Below are positions 12,501 to 25,420 of a stretch of 64,000 nucleotides of DNA, piece after piece; position 1 is the first letter of the stretch, and each line of letters starts with the position of its first letter. Position numbers and translations under genes: made by a program. The notes beneath the pieces were generated by a model that saw nothing but the letters and a program-made list of their open reading frames with translations, was not told the DNA's origin and searched no databases. The DNA comes from Takakia lepidozioides (taxonomy: Eukaryota > Plantae > Bryophyta): assembly GCA_030704615.1 (NCBI GenBank), contig CM060731.1:80166001-80230000 (forward strand), given 5' to 3'.

Positions 12501-13753
12501 GGTGCTGTGTTTGAGATTCCGGATGGCTGGGCCACAAGTTCAGGGATGGTCTGTGAAGCTCTTCTCAATCTGGTCTTGTCAAAGAAGTATTTTGTCATCT
12601 TTTCCCCTTTTGTTGACCAGTTAACCCCCGCCTGTAACTTCCACTTTCTTTCCTGGAATTTATGGTGAATGTCTAGATTGTTCCTGGCTTGGATATAAGT
12701 TTTGTAAGTATCTTCATCGCAATGCCTGGATTCCAATGCAGATTGGCATACTTTGAGGCATTTAGATAATGCCTTAACCCTTCTCTTTCGGATGAGTGCC
12801 AATTCCCGGCTCATTTTTTGGCTTTCTGTATTGACCGCTTTTAGCTTGGCCAGGAAAAGCTCAGTTGGATTTAGGTATGGGTTGCCAGCCTGAGACCAAG
12901 CCTGCAAAAGACCCTGTTTGAAGGAGGGTAATTTGAGGAGGAGATTGTTTAGCTTGTAGAGGCCTCTACCTCGTTGGCATGAATGAGGGATTGAGATAGA
13001 AAGGGTGATTGGTGCGTGGTCAAATCCCAAGGGAATGGATTCCTGCGGGGCTCTTTTAGAGAATTGAACAAAATTGAGGGAGAGGTAAGCTCTGTCAAGA
13101 CGAGCCATGCTAAGGTCGGTGAGGGTTCTATTGTTGGACCATGTAAATGTGATATTGGAAGCTTGACCAAAAATAGGTGTTGCCTCCTTGAGACTATGTG
13201 TTTGAGCACAGTTGAACCATTGGTCCATCTCTTCTGAATTTGGGGTGAAGGTTCCAGCCCCTCGCCTATCCTCCTGGACCTCAACCATATTAAGATCACC
13301 TGCTACAATCCAGCTGTCTATGTTTAGTTGATCTTTCATTCTTGCATTGACAAGTCTCCAGAATTCTGACCTTTCTGCAGATGAGTTTGGAGCGTAAATG
13401 TTCACTAACCCAATCGAGCCAGCTGCATTGGGTAGGGTTATTGCGCAGAACTGCAGTCTGCCAGGTATCCATATATCTTCTGCTGCGAGAAAGGGTTGTA
13501 AAGAAGGAGATAATAATATCGCCGTCCCTCCTTTGGTGCCTGAAGAGGTTGGTTTCCAAAGAGAGTTTGTTATAGGCCATAGATAGTCTGAAAGGTTGTC
13601 AATTTTGGTCTGGTCTAGCTTGTGTTCCTGCAGAAATATTATAGAGTCACCAGAGAGGAAGGGAGCCATCCAAGTTTTGATTCTCAGCTTTTTGAGAGAG
13701 GAAGGATCTGATCCAAGGCCCCTAATGTTCCAGGAGTGAAGGTTAAAGGTCAT
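9511..13753 (-). pseudogene. LINE ORF2: APE endonuclease, reverse transcriptase, zf-RVT
   Basis: Motifs SWNIRGLG, FLQEHK, NIYAPN, AGDLN, RLDR, DH (APE); KSPGIDG, DFEKAFDRV, RQGCPLSP, FVDD (RT); FLWQLVH and C..C....ESIEHCLLSC. Stops at about 12013-12015, 11248, 11059, 9943 and 9757. Frameshifts at about 12170 and 10730. Confidence 0.92.
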
Positions 13754-13897
13754 TGGGAGGGAATGGAGGGCCTGGACTGGAAACCAGGTTTGATAGCCCT
13801 TTGGTATGATAAACGAATTTTACCCTACGATCTTTTGGTCGCACTGAGTTGACCCAGATGAAGTTGTTCGGGGGTTTTCGGGTTTTGTTGAGGATGG

Positions 13898-16336
13898 TTA
13901 TGAATACACCCCAGCTCTGCATGGATATTGGTTATCTGGTATTGGTTGAAACTGCTCTTTTGAAACAATGGATATAGTAACAGCCTGGGTAGATACCCCA
14001 TCCGGGAAAAAAACAGCTGAAAACAGGTGCTGGAGCTCTGGATATCTTTGGAGAAGAGAACCATCCGAAGGCAGATTTCCAGAGGGAATGTTGTCAGGCA
14101 AATTGCATGCTGGTAGGATGTGTCTCCTATCTTTATTCTGGCTGAGATGTTTACTTTTACTACATAACATCCAGCATCTGTTAGTATTTCCTGATTGAAG
14201 CTGGTAAATGAAACAGGGTGAGGGTGAGATGGGCACCTGAATAGGGGAGGGTAGAGGGGTAGGTGTCAAAACCCTAGGTGGAGAGGTGACTTGCGAGCTG
14301 GCCTGGGCGATGAGTTGAGTGGAGACCGTTATTGTTGGAGGCGATATTTGCAGATTTTCGACTGCAGGGTTGAAGTTGCTGCTTTCCTCCTGAGTTGAGG
14401 TGTTTGTTGATTCCTGAGAGTCCAAGGATACGTTTGGGGATCCGAATAGCTTGTTCTTGTTGATGTGCTCCCTGGTTTTTTGAATTTCCATTCTGTAATT
14501 GTCATGGTCAACCTCGGAATCCAAGTGAGCTTGAAGCAGCTGGAACCTACTGACTAATGTGTCCTGATTACGGATTTGCAATCTGTGGCTCCTCCCGGAG
14601 CAGATAGCCATTCCTGGTAAGTCCAAATTGCCTCTGTGGCGGTGGTGCAGAGTAGATTTCTGCATCCTCTACAAGGGCAAGAATATGGGTTGAGGGTTTG
14701 ACACTTAGCCCTGGGTGTTCCTCCAGATATGCTCCCCACGAGATTTTTGTAAATGGTGAAAGCGAATAGTGGGGCTGCAACTTGTGGAAGAACTCCTGAA
14801 TTTTGTATTTGAACAAAATCTCAGGTTGCTGTTGGGAGGGTTTGATTGCAGGAAGTGTTTGATGTCTGCAATAGTAATCCAAAGTGATTCCACACATTCG
14901 AAATCATCTAATGTGATTAGAATAGCTGGGGGAATACTTTTCCGGAATATGAGGGGAGTGACACAGGAATCAATCATCTCCAATGCTGAGCAACCCTTTA
15001 GATCCAGGTAAGGGAATGAGCAGGTTTGGAGGTTGGCATTGGCAAAGGTGGAGTTGCATGCGATGCCGGTGGTAATTTTAGGAAAAGAGTTGCTGGTTGG
15101 AAGTTTCAGTCTGACTGATCTCAGCTGTTGTCCATCTTGTACTTTTGTCTTTTTTTTTTTCAGTAGCCACCAGTTGTTGATGTTCAAACTGCTTTGCCTT
15201 CCCTTTGGAAATAGAACCCCCCGTATGATGATGAGCTAGTAATTCTGCATGCATTGGATCCTTGCTGCTATCTCCTTTGGCAATATTATGTTGTGGACAA
15301 GATCTGAGTTGCAGAGGATCGTTGGGAGCCCTTTGAAGGGCCTGGGCAGCATGAGCGTTTGGTGGAAGCATGGAGCCCACGGTGTGGTTGTTCATTTTTT
15401 GCCTTTGATTCGCCTCCGCTGTTGAGGGTACCCCTTATTGCTGCTGCTGAAGGTTGAAGGGGACAACGGGCTGATGTCGTTTGCGTTTGGCTGTGGGGCA
15501 GTCGATTTTAAAGTGACCAATCTGACCACAGTTGAAGCAAACTGCATAGGTAGTGTCTTCTATGAGCTGAATCGTGAAATAGTTGTCTTCTTCATCTATT
15601 GGCAGTTTCACGAATTGCGGCAGAACATCCTCATCTGGCATCATCAACATGAATTTGGCACATCCAGTCTCATGAAGGCGTGATGCAATAGTCACTGATC
15701 TCCAAGCTGGGTCCTGCCTTAAGTTCTGTGTACACATTTGGGGATCAAATACCGCCAAACATCCAAGGTATGATCCAAAATGATTCGCAATGTCCGCCAA
15801 GTTAACCAGATATTGATCTGGGATGTAAGGAACAGAGACAATGCGTGGGCCCCAAAGTTTACCATTCCTGTTTCCCATCTTGGATGACCAATGGAATATG
15901 TTGACATTGTATCCCTTTGTGTGGGGGTTGAAAAGCAAGGCCTGGTTTGCTGCTTCTTGGGTTTCAAACATGATTGAAAAGAAACCTCGACCCTTCTCAT
16001 GGCAAAACTGTTGACGCAGTTCTCCAGGGCCGCCAAGATGTTTAATGGCCCAATCTCTAACAATAGCTCTATCCACTTTTGTCCCTGGAAAGTGAATGAG
16101 GATACCAGACTCCTCCATGGTTGTAACCTTTTTTTGTAAATCTGGGATGTTCATATTGATCATTGGATAGTCCCTGTCCAAGTCGGCTTGATTGAGAATG
16201 TTTTCTTCCACCCATTGTGTAGGTGGAGTTTCCAAAATGGGTGGGTTTGAGCAGTTTGGAATTGTTGGAGGTGAATCCAGCCTGGGAAATTTAAGGAAGG
16301 ATTGGGGGGGAGAGAGAGGACTGAAGTGGAAAGGAA

Positions 16337-16387
<51 letters not shown>

Positions 16388-16558
16388 CTTTACAGACCCG
16401 TTGGTCGTAGCAGTCCTGGAACGCTCTTGATGTGCGAGGAAGAAGCCTGTCCCAGATGAGATGTTGGGTCTTCTCTGTCTATTCTGGAAACCCCGACGAG
16501 CCTCCATTGATTGTCTGCTGCGAAACTGGTTGTTCCCAAGAGCCATTGCACTAATCAA
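13898..16558 (-). pseudogene. LINE ORF1 (RRM/DUF4283-like region, CX2CX4HX4C knuckle, long C-terminal extension), disrupted
   Basis: 15435..16235 encodes GRGFFSIMFE...ALLFNP and CFNCGQIGHFKIDC. The upstream part is joined across a poly-C tract. Downstream ORF pieces run 15395 to 13898. Confidence 0.75.
16337..16385. repeat. G49 homopolymer inside LINE ORF1
   Basis: 49 consecutive G, read as poly-Pro on the minus strand. Confidence 0.95.
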
Positions 16559-17892
16559 ATAAGGAAGAACACTGCAGCACTGGAAGAAACTGATGAAGTG
16601 GGGTCCAAAGAACTAACGTGAGGAATATGGGAGAAAAGCGGGAAAGGTCTTTGAGAATGTGATCTCCTTAAGTTAGAGACGGCGCTGTCCGATTAGGGAT
16701 GATGCGTATAACTATGCGAGCGATGAAAGGACGAGGGTTGAAAGGATGAACAACTGAAGGAACTAATCTTGAAAAAACTATGGAAAAACTTAAAAAGTAT
16801 ATCAAAGGAGATCTGCGCATGGGGGGGGGATGCCTAGAGTGATCTGCAGTGGCTACGGGGTTGAGCAGGGTCAGAAACAAGCTTCGGAAAGGTCGAGACG
16901 ACCGTTGGGAGTCGTCTCACAGCTCCTCCCCCTCCCGCCGAGCCTCTTTCAACTAATTTACTAACCAAATTATTAAATAATAACACGGACTATATAATTT
17001 CATAAAATTATTTTACCGAGAGAGTATAGGACTAGGGTCAATCTGAGGAGAGGTTCATTTAGGGCAGGTGTTATCTAGGGAAGGTGTAAGAGGGAGTTGG
17101 CAATTTTTTGATATTAATGGATAGTCTTATCTTTAGGGATGAACCAATAAATAGACACTGGATTGTTATTTAACGTATATTTAAATTTAAAATTAGAATT
17201 TATTTAAATTTAAAATAATTTATAGTTATCCCTAGACCAAATTTAAGTCAAAAAATAAGTAAGTATCATGAGTAAAAAAATAAATTAATATTCAAATCGT
17301 TGTACCGCGTCGCATGGAGTCGGAGCGAGACGTAATTCATCAAGTTTTTTTAAAAATATTTTTTATTAACACTACATGACACGTCACATGATATTTTTAA
17401 TTTTGAAAAATAATTATTGCAATTATGTACGTGTCGATTATCTAGAGTTTTCACATGCTAATCATTCATATCTTACTAATCTTAGTTATTTATCTAATTG
17501 TATGTGAAGTTTGAACCCTTGACCACAACTTGTAGTACATTACATACTAACCAATAAAACCATTAGCTATATACATGTATATAACATGTTTTTATTGTAT
17601 ATGACAACATACACATATCATATATATCAACTAACTTTAATAAATGCACAGTCCAATGTAGCATGGCGCAATGCCACGTAGCACCGCGTGGATGATATAT
17701 ATATATATGCAATAAACGAATTGTATTCACCACGTGGCATGGCGCGGTGCCACGTGGCTTAGCGTGCATGATTTTCTATAATTTAAAATAAAAAAATAAA
17801 AGATAAAAAAAATAAAAATTATGAATGACATCTCACAATGTGGCGTGGCGCGGAATACCACACATTCATCCATGAGTACACTACCCTTTTGA

Positions 17893-18590
17893 AGTCATGG
17901 TCGTGACGAGCTGAGTGTTGGTTGGCAGAGAAATATGTAGGGATTGTTGGAAGAGAGTCAAATGAGTTACGATTTGCAGAAATTGATTGCTGACAATGAC
18001 ACTCGAAATAGAAAGAGAACCTTTACTGATTTGAATGTCATGGCTTACTTTTTGTTTAATCGGGCATTGGTCTAGAGATTAACAACACTATTGAGAGCCT
18101 TGAGTTGGGCAGAAATCCTTAGCCAGAGACACTATATCAAAACATGGTTTTCATGATACTTTATATTTAGGTGCATTGGTTTCCATGACTCAAAGAAACA
18201 TGGACCATAAAATGTCATACATATGACTCTGTCTATTTAAGAGAATGATGACAGTTCAAGCATGGATGGAGATACGGACAGTGTCGAGGATAGGGATAGT
18301 GAGGAAGGCAGGAAGACGAGAGTTCATCATCGGTATCGGATGAACGCTCCTCATCACCTAAGTAGGTGATCCCCGAAATGGGAAACGTAAGCGCAAGTTG
18401 ACTGCAAAGACGAAGAATCACAAGCCATACCTTCCCAGTGATGGTGAACAAGAAGTTTCCTCCAAAGAAAGCTTCTTGAGCAGTTTCCCAAGTTACTCTT
18501 GATAATTTGGTAAACTCCTAGTAACTTGATAACTAATGGTAACTTGTGATATTTACTCCTGGTAAGTTCTCCTGGGCTATGTCCGTGACA
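17893..18590. mobile_element. Possible degenerate solo LTR (Gypsy type)
   Basis: Ends in CCGTGACA at 18590. The left end AGTCATGG resembles the complementary TGTCACGG. No clean TSD. Confidence 0.3.
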
Positions 18591-19842
18591 TTAAGATCGT
18601 GACATCACAACAAGATTTTCGCTGTACAATCATTTCCACAAGAATTTTCTCCACTGCCAATGTCATACAACAGTGATCATACGTTCTCATACAACATACC
18701 CTGTCGATCACCATCCCATAGGACTGCAAGAAGAACTTTCATCATCGTACAATCAAAATCATAAGCTTGTTGCAACGAAAGCATGACAGACACCACTCCC
18801 CTCAACTCCATTATGTGCTTCATTAACTCCAAAATTTCTGCTTTTATATGCTTTCTAAAACTGGTCGTGGCCATGGTCTGCCATCCCTCGGTCTTTTTCT
18901 TGAACATGTTATGTATGAAAACAATTTCTTGTTGTGACTTTGTTATACACTGTTGCAATTGCTGTTGTAACTGAACTACGTCAACGTGTTCTGATTTATC
19001 ACCCAGCTTTCCATTTACAGTCTATTCATTTACAATCGATACCTTTAGCACCCTCTGTACTGGCTGTGGTGTAACTTTTCTTTGCTTCATTCTTATCATA
19101 CTCATTCCCGTCGATATCACATAGTTGTTCATGAATTATGTACCAAATTAGTACAAGGTCTCAACACTGTAACTGACCACTTCAAGAATTCCAACATGTC
19201 CGTCTAATACCAAATCATTTTTTTGTTCCATGTTTTATAAAAATACTGCAATATGAACTAGCTCCGTAGCTGTCAATTATGACGTTACGTGGCGAAAACA
19301 CGTCAACGCCACTTCACGTCCAAAACCGACATTACTTCGAATATTTTTTATTTATTTATTTTTACTTTCATGCGACCTAATTTATCGCATTGTCGAGGTG
19401 ATAGCCAAATGTACTACACATATAGTATTTTAAAAAAATATTTAATTTATAAAATAAATTGTCGGACAATAAGCGACTATCAGGCAATCATTCAGCTCCA
19501 TGCGATTGTCGGAAGATAGTGGATATGCGGTTTTTTATTTATGTTATGTTTTAAAATAATTTCGGGATCAGGTGATCGGGGACTGTCCGGTGAGAGCCGA
19601 CCGCTGGGCGATCGTCGGACAACAGTGACTATATCAGGGCTGCACAAATATACGTAACATGGCACTGATACGTTAGTGTCACGTCCAGACATATTTTGCA
19701 TCGTCACGTCTAGACATACTTTGCATCGTCACGTCCAAAATAAATAATATCCATTATAGTTTTTTTGTATGCTTAATTTTTACCCAACCTATTGAGGTGA
19801 CAGCCTAGTTAGACCCTGGACTGCACACGTGGAGCTAACAAG

Positions 19843-20390
19843 CACTATAATTATATATATATATAAACACATTAGCTGCAACCGCCAAATTTTGGCGGTC
19901 GCTTCATTTTTTTAAATATTTTAATTAGCTGCGACCGCCGAAATTTGGCAGTCGTAACTATTAAAATCTCCTTAATTATATACGACCGCCAAATATTGGC
20001 GGTCACTTGAGTATTCAGTATTATTGAAAAATTGCGATAATATTAAAAAAAAATTAAAAACCTATTGCGACCGCCAGATCTAGTATTCAAATGTAATTTT
20101 TTATTTTTTAATAGGTGCCATGGTCAATTATGACAATCACAGGGTTTTATTTTTATTTTTTAATATACACGACCACCAAATTGGCCGTCACATGTAATTT
20201 TTTAATTTTTAAATAGGCGCAACAGTCAATTATGGAAGTCACACGTATTTTTTATTTTCTTAATATGTGTGACCGCCACACACATTTTCGGAAAGAAAAT
20301 ACTTTCATTTATTCAATGCTGGTGGTCGTATGTAAGTTTTATTTTTTAAATAAGTGCGAGTGTCATAATTGGCAGTCATGCCCAATTTCA
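19843..20390 (+). mobile_element. CACTA terminus with GCGACCGCC subterminal repeats
   Basis: CACTATAA at 19843 is followed by about 10 direct and inverted GCGACCGCC(AAA) / TTTGGCGGTCGC motifs. Confidence 0.65.
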
Positions 20391-21439
20391 GATGAGGAAA
20401 AAACCCCGGGGTTTAAGTGGAAATGTGTAATTAGAATAGAGGCAATGATGCATTATGCAGGTTAAGGGAGAGAAATGTTCGCAACTCTATGAAATAAAGT
20501 AAAAGAGGGAATTATCACATACGATGATATGACGAATTATATGGGATCAACGCACCGTCAGAGGGATTAACGGTGGCTAAAAAAGAATTTAATGAATGCT
20601 TGAGTCGAAGGTGTGGCCTTTGTAACAGGGTAGAATCTAAAAGGTTCTAGATGGAGGATGAAACTTCCCTAGAAGTTAGGAAGGTTCATAGGAAGTTTGA
20701 CTTGAGGCACTTAAGTCAAACCTATAAGATATTCATATTGTGGAGAGAAGTCAAATGTTTGAGAAAGTCACATTGTGGAGAATATGTCAAATCTATGAAG
20801 GTTGACTTTAGAAAGTTTTGACTTGAGGCTCTCAAGTCAAACTTTTAAAATAATCATATTATGAAGGATATATATAAACCTGCAATGAAAGCCTAGAAGA
20901 CATCGAGTTGTTTTTTGAGAAAGCTTAGAAGCAGTTTGTGTAGATCTGATTTTATGGACTTAAATCGATCCCATTTCCGTGATTTTCCTTCTGAGTGTGA
21001 ATTTAAAATTATATGTCGTCGTAAGCCAGAAATTAAAGATATGATAGTACGGATATGAACGATATCAAGAAGTATTACAAAACCCACGACATGTCGTCTT
21101 TCCTATAATTAGAAATTGAAATATATACATATGTGTATATACGTAGTTCATGGATCGAGGTAAATACACACCGCCCAATTTTTCACCGCCAAATGTATTT
21201 AGTATCAATATGCGCGCCATTGACAAACATCATCTTGTAAGATTTTTAGTTGCATAACTTGGAGTAGAATTCATGAACCTTGTCACGAGTTCAAACGTTC
21301 ATTTTGTATTACCAATAGTCACGTACGGGATGGTTTGGGATTATACTATTTACATACTATATTAGAATAAGAGAATAAATATACTATACATTAATCTTAG
21401 AAGACAAACACCACGAAGCAAGGAGTAGTGGAGCGAGAT

Positions 21440-23000
21440 GACGGACAATGAAGAAATGGTGGACAACGCACACACTACTCATCAAAGCTAATGGTCAGAC
21501 GGTGTAGATAATGAAACGCTTACACGACTTGCAAAATGTTCTCGTCATGACCCAACAACAAAACAACATGTTGGTGAATGAGCTTAAACGAGTAAGACAA
21601 TCAACCGCCTCGGAACTAGTTGTTGGTGGGTCGGATACATTACTGCAAAAGATGACGAAGACGTGCAAGGTCGAGCCGTATAAAGGGAGTCGCGCCATGG
21701 GAGTGCTGGAAGGATGGATCTATTGAATGGAGATGTATTGGACCACGGAATGTTCATACGATCTTTCCTACTCGACAATGCTTCAACATGATTACAGACA
21801 TGGGAGAGAAGACAGATCGCAAAAGGAGATCTTTTACTATGGAGCTACCTTGAAAGCGGTACTGCTCCAACAATTCAAGGTAGTTGATGCTGTTACAACT
21901 GGAAGATATTCATGAGAGTGTTGATAGACCCTGGGGCAACAAAATTTCTTATCTAGAAAGGCTGCCTTAAGACTAGGACTCCCCTTGGAGAAAGATGAAA
22001 GAGATGAAGTAGAAATGCCAAATGGACATACAGAGGCCATTGAGACACTACCTAAAAGCATAGAGATATAGAGAAAACCTTAGAATGACGAGTGGTCAGA
22101 CTAGCTCGATATGACGTAATATTAGGAAGACCTTGGATGAAATCTCACAACCCCGATGTTAATTGACGTCGAAAGGTAGTCAAAATCCAGAATTGGAAAA
22201 TATGGGGACATCGAGTAAGGACATCATATCGAAACCTACCATTGTTTGTTACAGATACTACAGCTATATGTAAGAATGACTTATTATTTATAGGTTTAAT
22301 AAGAGACGTGAAAAGTTCAGAAAAAAACGAATGAGGTCCCTATAGAATCACAGAGTGTATTGAAAGAGTTCCAAGATGTATTTCGAGATGACCCACCAAC
22401 ATGGCTTCAGCCAAAGAGAAGAATAAATCATAAGATTGAGGTTGTTCCAAGTAGTATTCCTTCTTGCAAAGTCCCTTATCGATTAACACCAAACGAGTTG
22501 GAAGAATGTAAGGCTCAAGTCGAGGACCTACTATCAAAAGGCTTTATAAGACCAACCCGTATGGAGCGTCGATGTTGTTTGTGAACAGAATGATGGAGCA
22601 ATGCGGATGCGCATTGATTATCGAGCACTCAACCAGAAGACAATGAAGAATAAATACCCGTTACCACGCATGGACGATTCTTTTACGAAGCTTGGACATT
22701 TTGAATACATGGTTATGCCATTTGGTCTCACCAATGCCCCAGCCACATTCATGGGTCTTATGAATGATATCTTCCGCCCATTTTAGATAGATTTATGATA
22801 GTAGTTTTAGATGATATTTTGATCTACAGTAATAGCCTTGTCGAGCATAAAAACCACCTCAAACAAGTACTACAAGGTCTCCATGAGAATCAGCTATATG
22901 CCAAAGCATCTAAATGTTAGTTTGGAAAACAAGAAGTAAATTATTTGGGGCATCACGTGAGTAAGAGGAGAATTGAGGTGATGAGTGACAAAATATAAGC
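21440..23000 (+). mobile_element. Ty3/Gypsy LTR retrotransposon gag-protease-RT remnant, truncated
   Basis: gag-like KVEPYKGSR..LEGWIY; protease VLIDPGAT; [71 protein letters not shown]. Many stops and deletions. Confidence 0.92.
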
Positions 23001-23340
23001 TCCCATTATTGCACACAAAGGATTTTTTACTTCTTTCAACTTAAGAGTGTTGATTATCCAAGTGGCTACCTATACCAACTTACCTCATAGAAATCCGATA
23101 TCGCAAGCGCAAATGGCGGCCACCCTTACAATTAACATGGAAATGACGAATGTAGTTGTTTGACAAAATGTACAGCCCCATACCAGGTGCTCCGATTATT
23201 GCATATAAAAGTTTTTTGTACTTCTTTTAGCTTGAGCATGTTCATTATTAACGTGGCTACCCATATCAACTTACCTCAGTGATATCCGACATCGCAAGCG
23301 CAAATGGCGGTCACCCTTGCAATTCACATGGAAGTGGCCA
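22999..23340. repeat. Tandem duplication of about 190 bp
   Basis: GCTCC.ATTATTGCA...CAACTTACCTCA...ATCGCAAGCGCAAATGGCGG occurs at about 22999 and 23189. Confidence 0.8.
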
Positions 23341-23559
23341 ACAAGTAGTAGACCAGCCTATGTAAAATACTCTCATTTTTCACATATAAAGACATGTTTC
23401 CATATATTCAAATGTCGTTACATATATAAGAGGCCATCTATTGGCACAAGGTTTGGCCAATTCCAAGTACATATAGAGCCATATGCCACATGTTCCCACA
23501 ATGTCAACCTTACATATCAATCTTCATCGGGTCGCGGTGCTTTGTTGCCTCTGACTATT

Positions 23560-24600
23560 GTTGCAAGGAGGTTCGTAATGGCAAGCTGGGTATCTTCAGC
23601 TTGACGACGACTTTCTAGTTCATTTGCAGCTTGCATTCGACGGCTCTCCATCTCTAACTCTCCAATTGCATAGTCATTCATCCATTTGACTCAATGACCA
23701 GTGCGGTCATCTTCTCATGGCGGAAAAAATGTCACAAATTAATGGTCTGGAATATGCAGGATCCACCTCCGTATAGTATACAGTAAAATGTGAGCTACAT
23801 GAATTGAAAATTCATGACTACATCTAGCACCTTTATGAACATAGCCAATATATTGTATAACTCTGTATTATCACGGATCAAGAACACCACGAAACAATAA
23901 TATGTAAAACGTTTTTGCACGCCTTGAGCATGCAAAGCTTGATTCAATGGATGCTCCAAGATATTCTTCTCTTCCTCATAGGTAATTCCATTCACCTTCT
24001 TACGGGCTTTATTAGCACCGACATCCTTGCTTCGACGCATGGCCTCCTCTGTATCTGGAATGATAACTCTTTGATACCACTAGCATTAACTTTGCATTTG
24101 TTGAGCACGTACAATAATCCGGTTGAAACTCATGTAGAGGTTCATAATGTTAGCAGTGGGATATCTATCCTCATTCTTCTTGCAGACCATCAAGAAAAAT
24201 TTGCCGAGAGTTTGACGAAGTTCTTGAAAAATATTTTCTCTATACTTGTAGGTGTTTCGATCTTCACATGCTGTCGCCATGCATTAAATCGGTTTCTGCA
24301 CCAGATTTCATCCTTTCTAGATTCATTGGTGTCAGGAACTATTGCATGTGGTCGATGGACTGTCATATCAATTTTAATAACAGGTGAGGTGATCGTTGAT
24401 CCAACGATAATTGGAGACACAGAGCTGTCAACAATGTCAATAACGGCATCTCCATATACATCTCCATCTGTGAATATTACATCTCCTTCTAATGGAGCAC
24501 ATGCCAAATCAATTGGATCACTAGGACGCGGCTTCTTTGAAACACGAGCAGATTCAATAGGAGTATCAATCTCGCATCGAATGTCATGATCACCACAAAC
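23560..24600 (-). pseudogene. Crypton/DUF3504-like tyrosine recombinase relic
   Basis: Joined frames give TNESRKDEIWCRNRFNAWR...ELRQTLGKFFLMVCKKNEDRYPTANIMNLYMSFNRII...MRRSKDVGANKARKKVNGITYEEEKNIL...YYCFVVFLIRDNTELYNI...RTGH*VKWMNDYA. This follows the DUF3504/Crypton pattern, including the catalytic R and the GH...Y box. Confidence 0.7.
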
Positions 24601-25420
24601 TTCGTCTATATTAAGATAAAAAACAGGATGCTCGTAATCTAGTTGACTCGTTCTTGATTTACGATAAGCCCTCGAGCAGATTTGGAGGTAACCATGAAGA
24701 ACAAAGATAATGAGGACTCTAAACAGACAAACGAATGCACTTCCGTAATCAATGCGGCAAAGCAGCACACAATAAAAGCAGAAGGTCATAGGTAGGTAGG
24801 TCGATAAAATAAACTAGGTCGACTGTCCATGGTCTATATCAAACATGAAGCTCGATGACTCCAATGAGTGACTATGTCAGGTAACCGGTGCCCTCTCGCG
24901 GGTTACCTAGTCCATTTCAACAAACAATGTTTTGAATCATGTCTAGACATGATTATATTCCAGTATCCTCACTATGCATATAAGCTCAGGTGAAAATTTG
25001 TAAATTACTCTAGAAATGAGATGGCTTTATTTGTAAACACATTTTAAATCTATTGATTAAAATGACAAGCCCAAAAAGAACAACAGATAAATTAGCTAGC
25101 TATAGAATTTTCAGACATCAAAGTAAGAATAGGCCTCTCTTTTAATGTTTTTAAAAATAAAAATAATCATTTCTCATCTAACACCTGAGATAGAGGGTAA
25201 TATTTATAAGGAAAGCGTAAATGAGGGGTAATATCATATGAAAATTGGACTAAAAACAAATTGATCAGATATAGATGAATAAATTGTAATAACTGCATTA
25301 TATATCATTGTTAAAATAAGTGAGAAATATTATACAACTAGAGTTTGACGTATTGGCACTTGTAGCAGGGTACTCTTCTACATATAGATATTTTTCTGTT
25401 TAGTATGTTCTGGGTTTGGT

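Larger units (their letters stand above)
8981..16950 (-). mobile_element. Near full-length L1-clade LINE retrotransposon, inactivated
   Basis: ORF1 has a CCHC knuckle; ORF2 has APE endonuclease, RT and a C-terminal zinc finger. AATAAA at about 9010-9015 (minus) and a (TA)n tract at about 8963-8981 mark the 3' end. The 5' boundary is approximate, at the drop to AT-rich sequence near 16950. Confidence 0.92.

Noticed and set aside
23915-24589. 224-aa plus-strand ORF
   Set aside because: Antisense to the Crypton-like frames, with no motif of its own.
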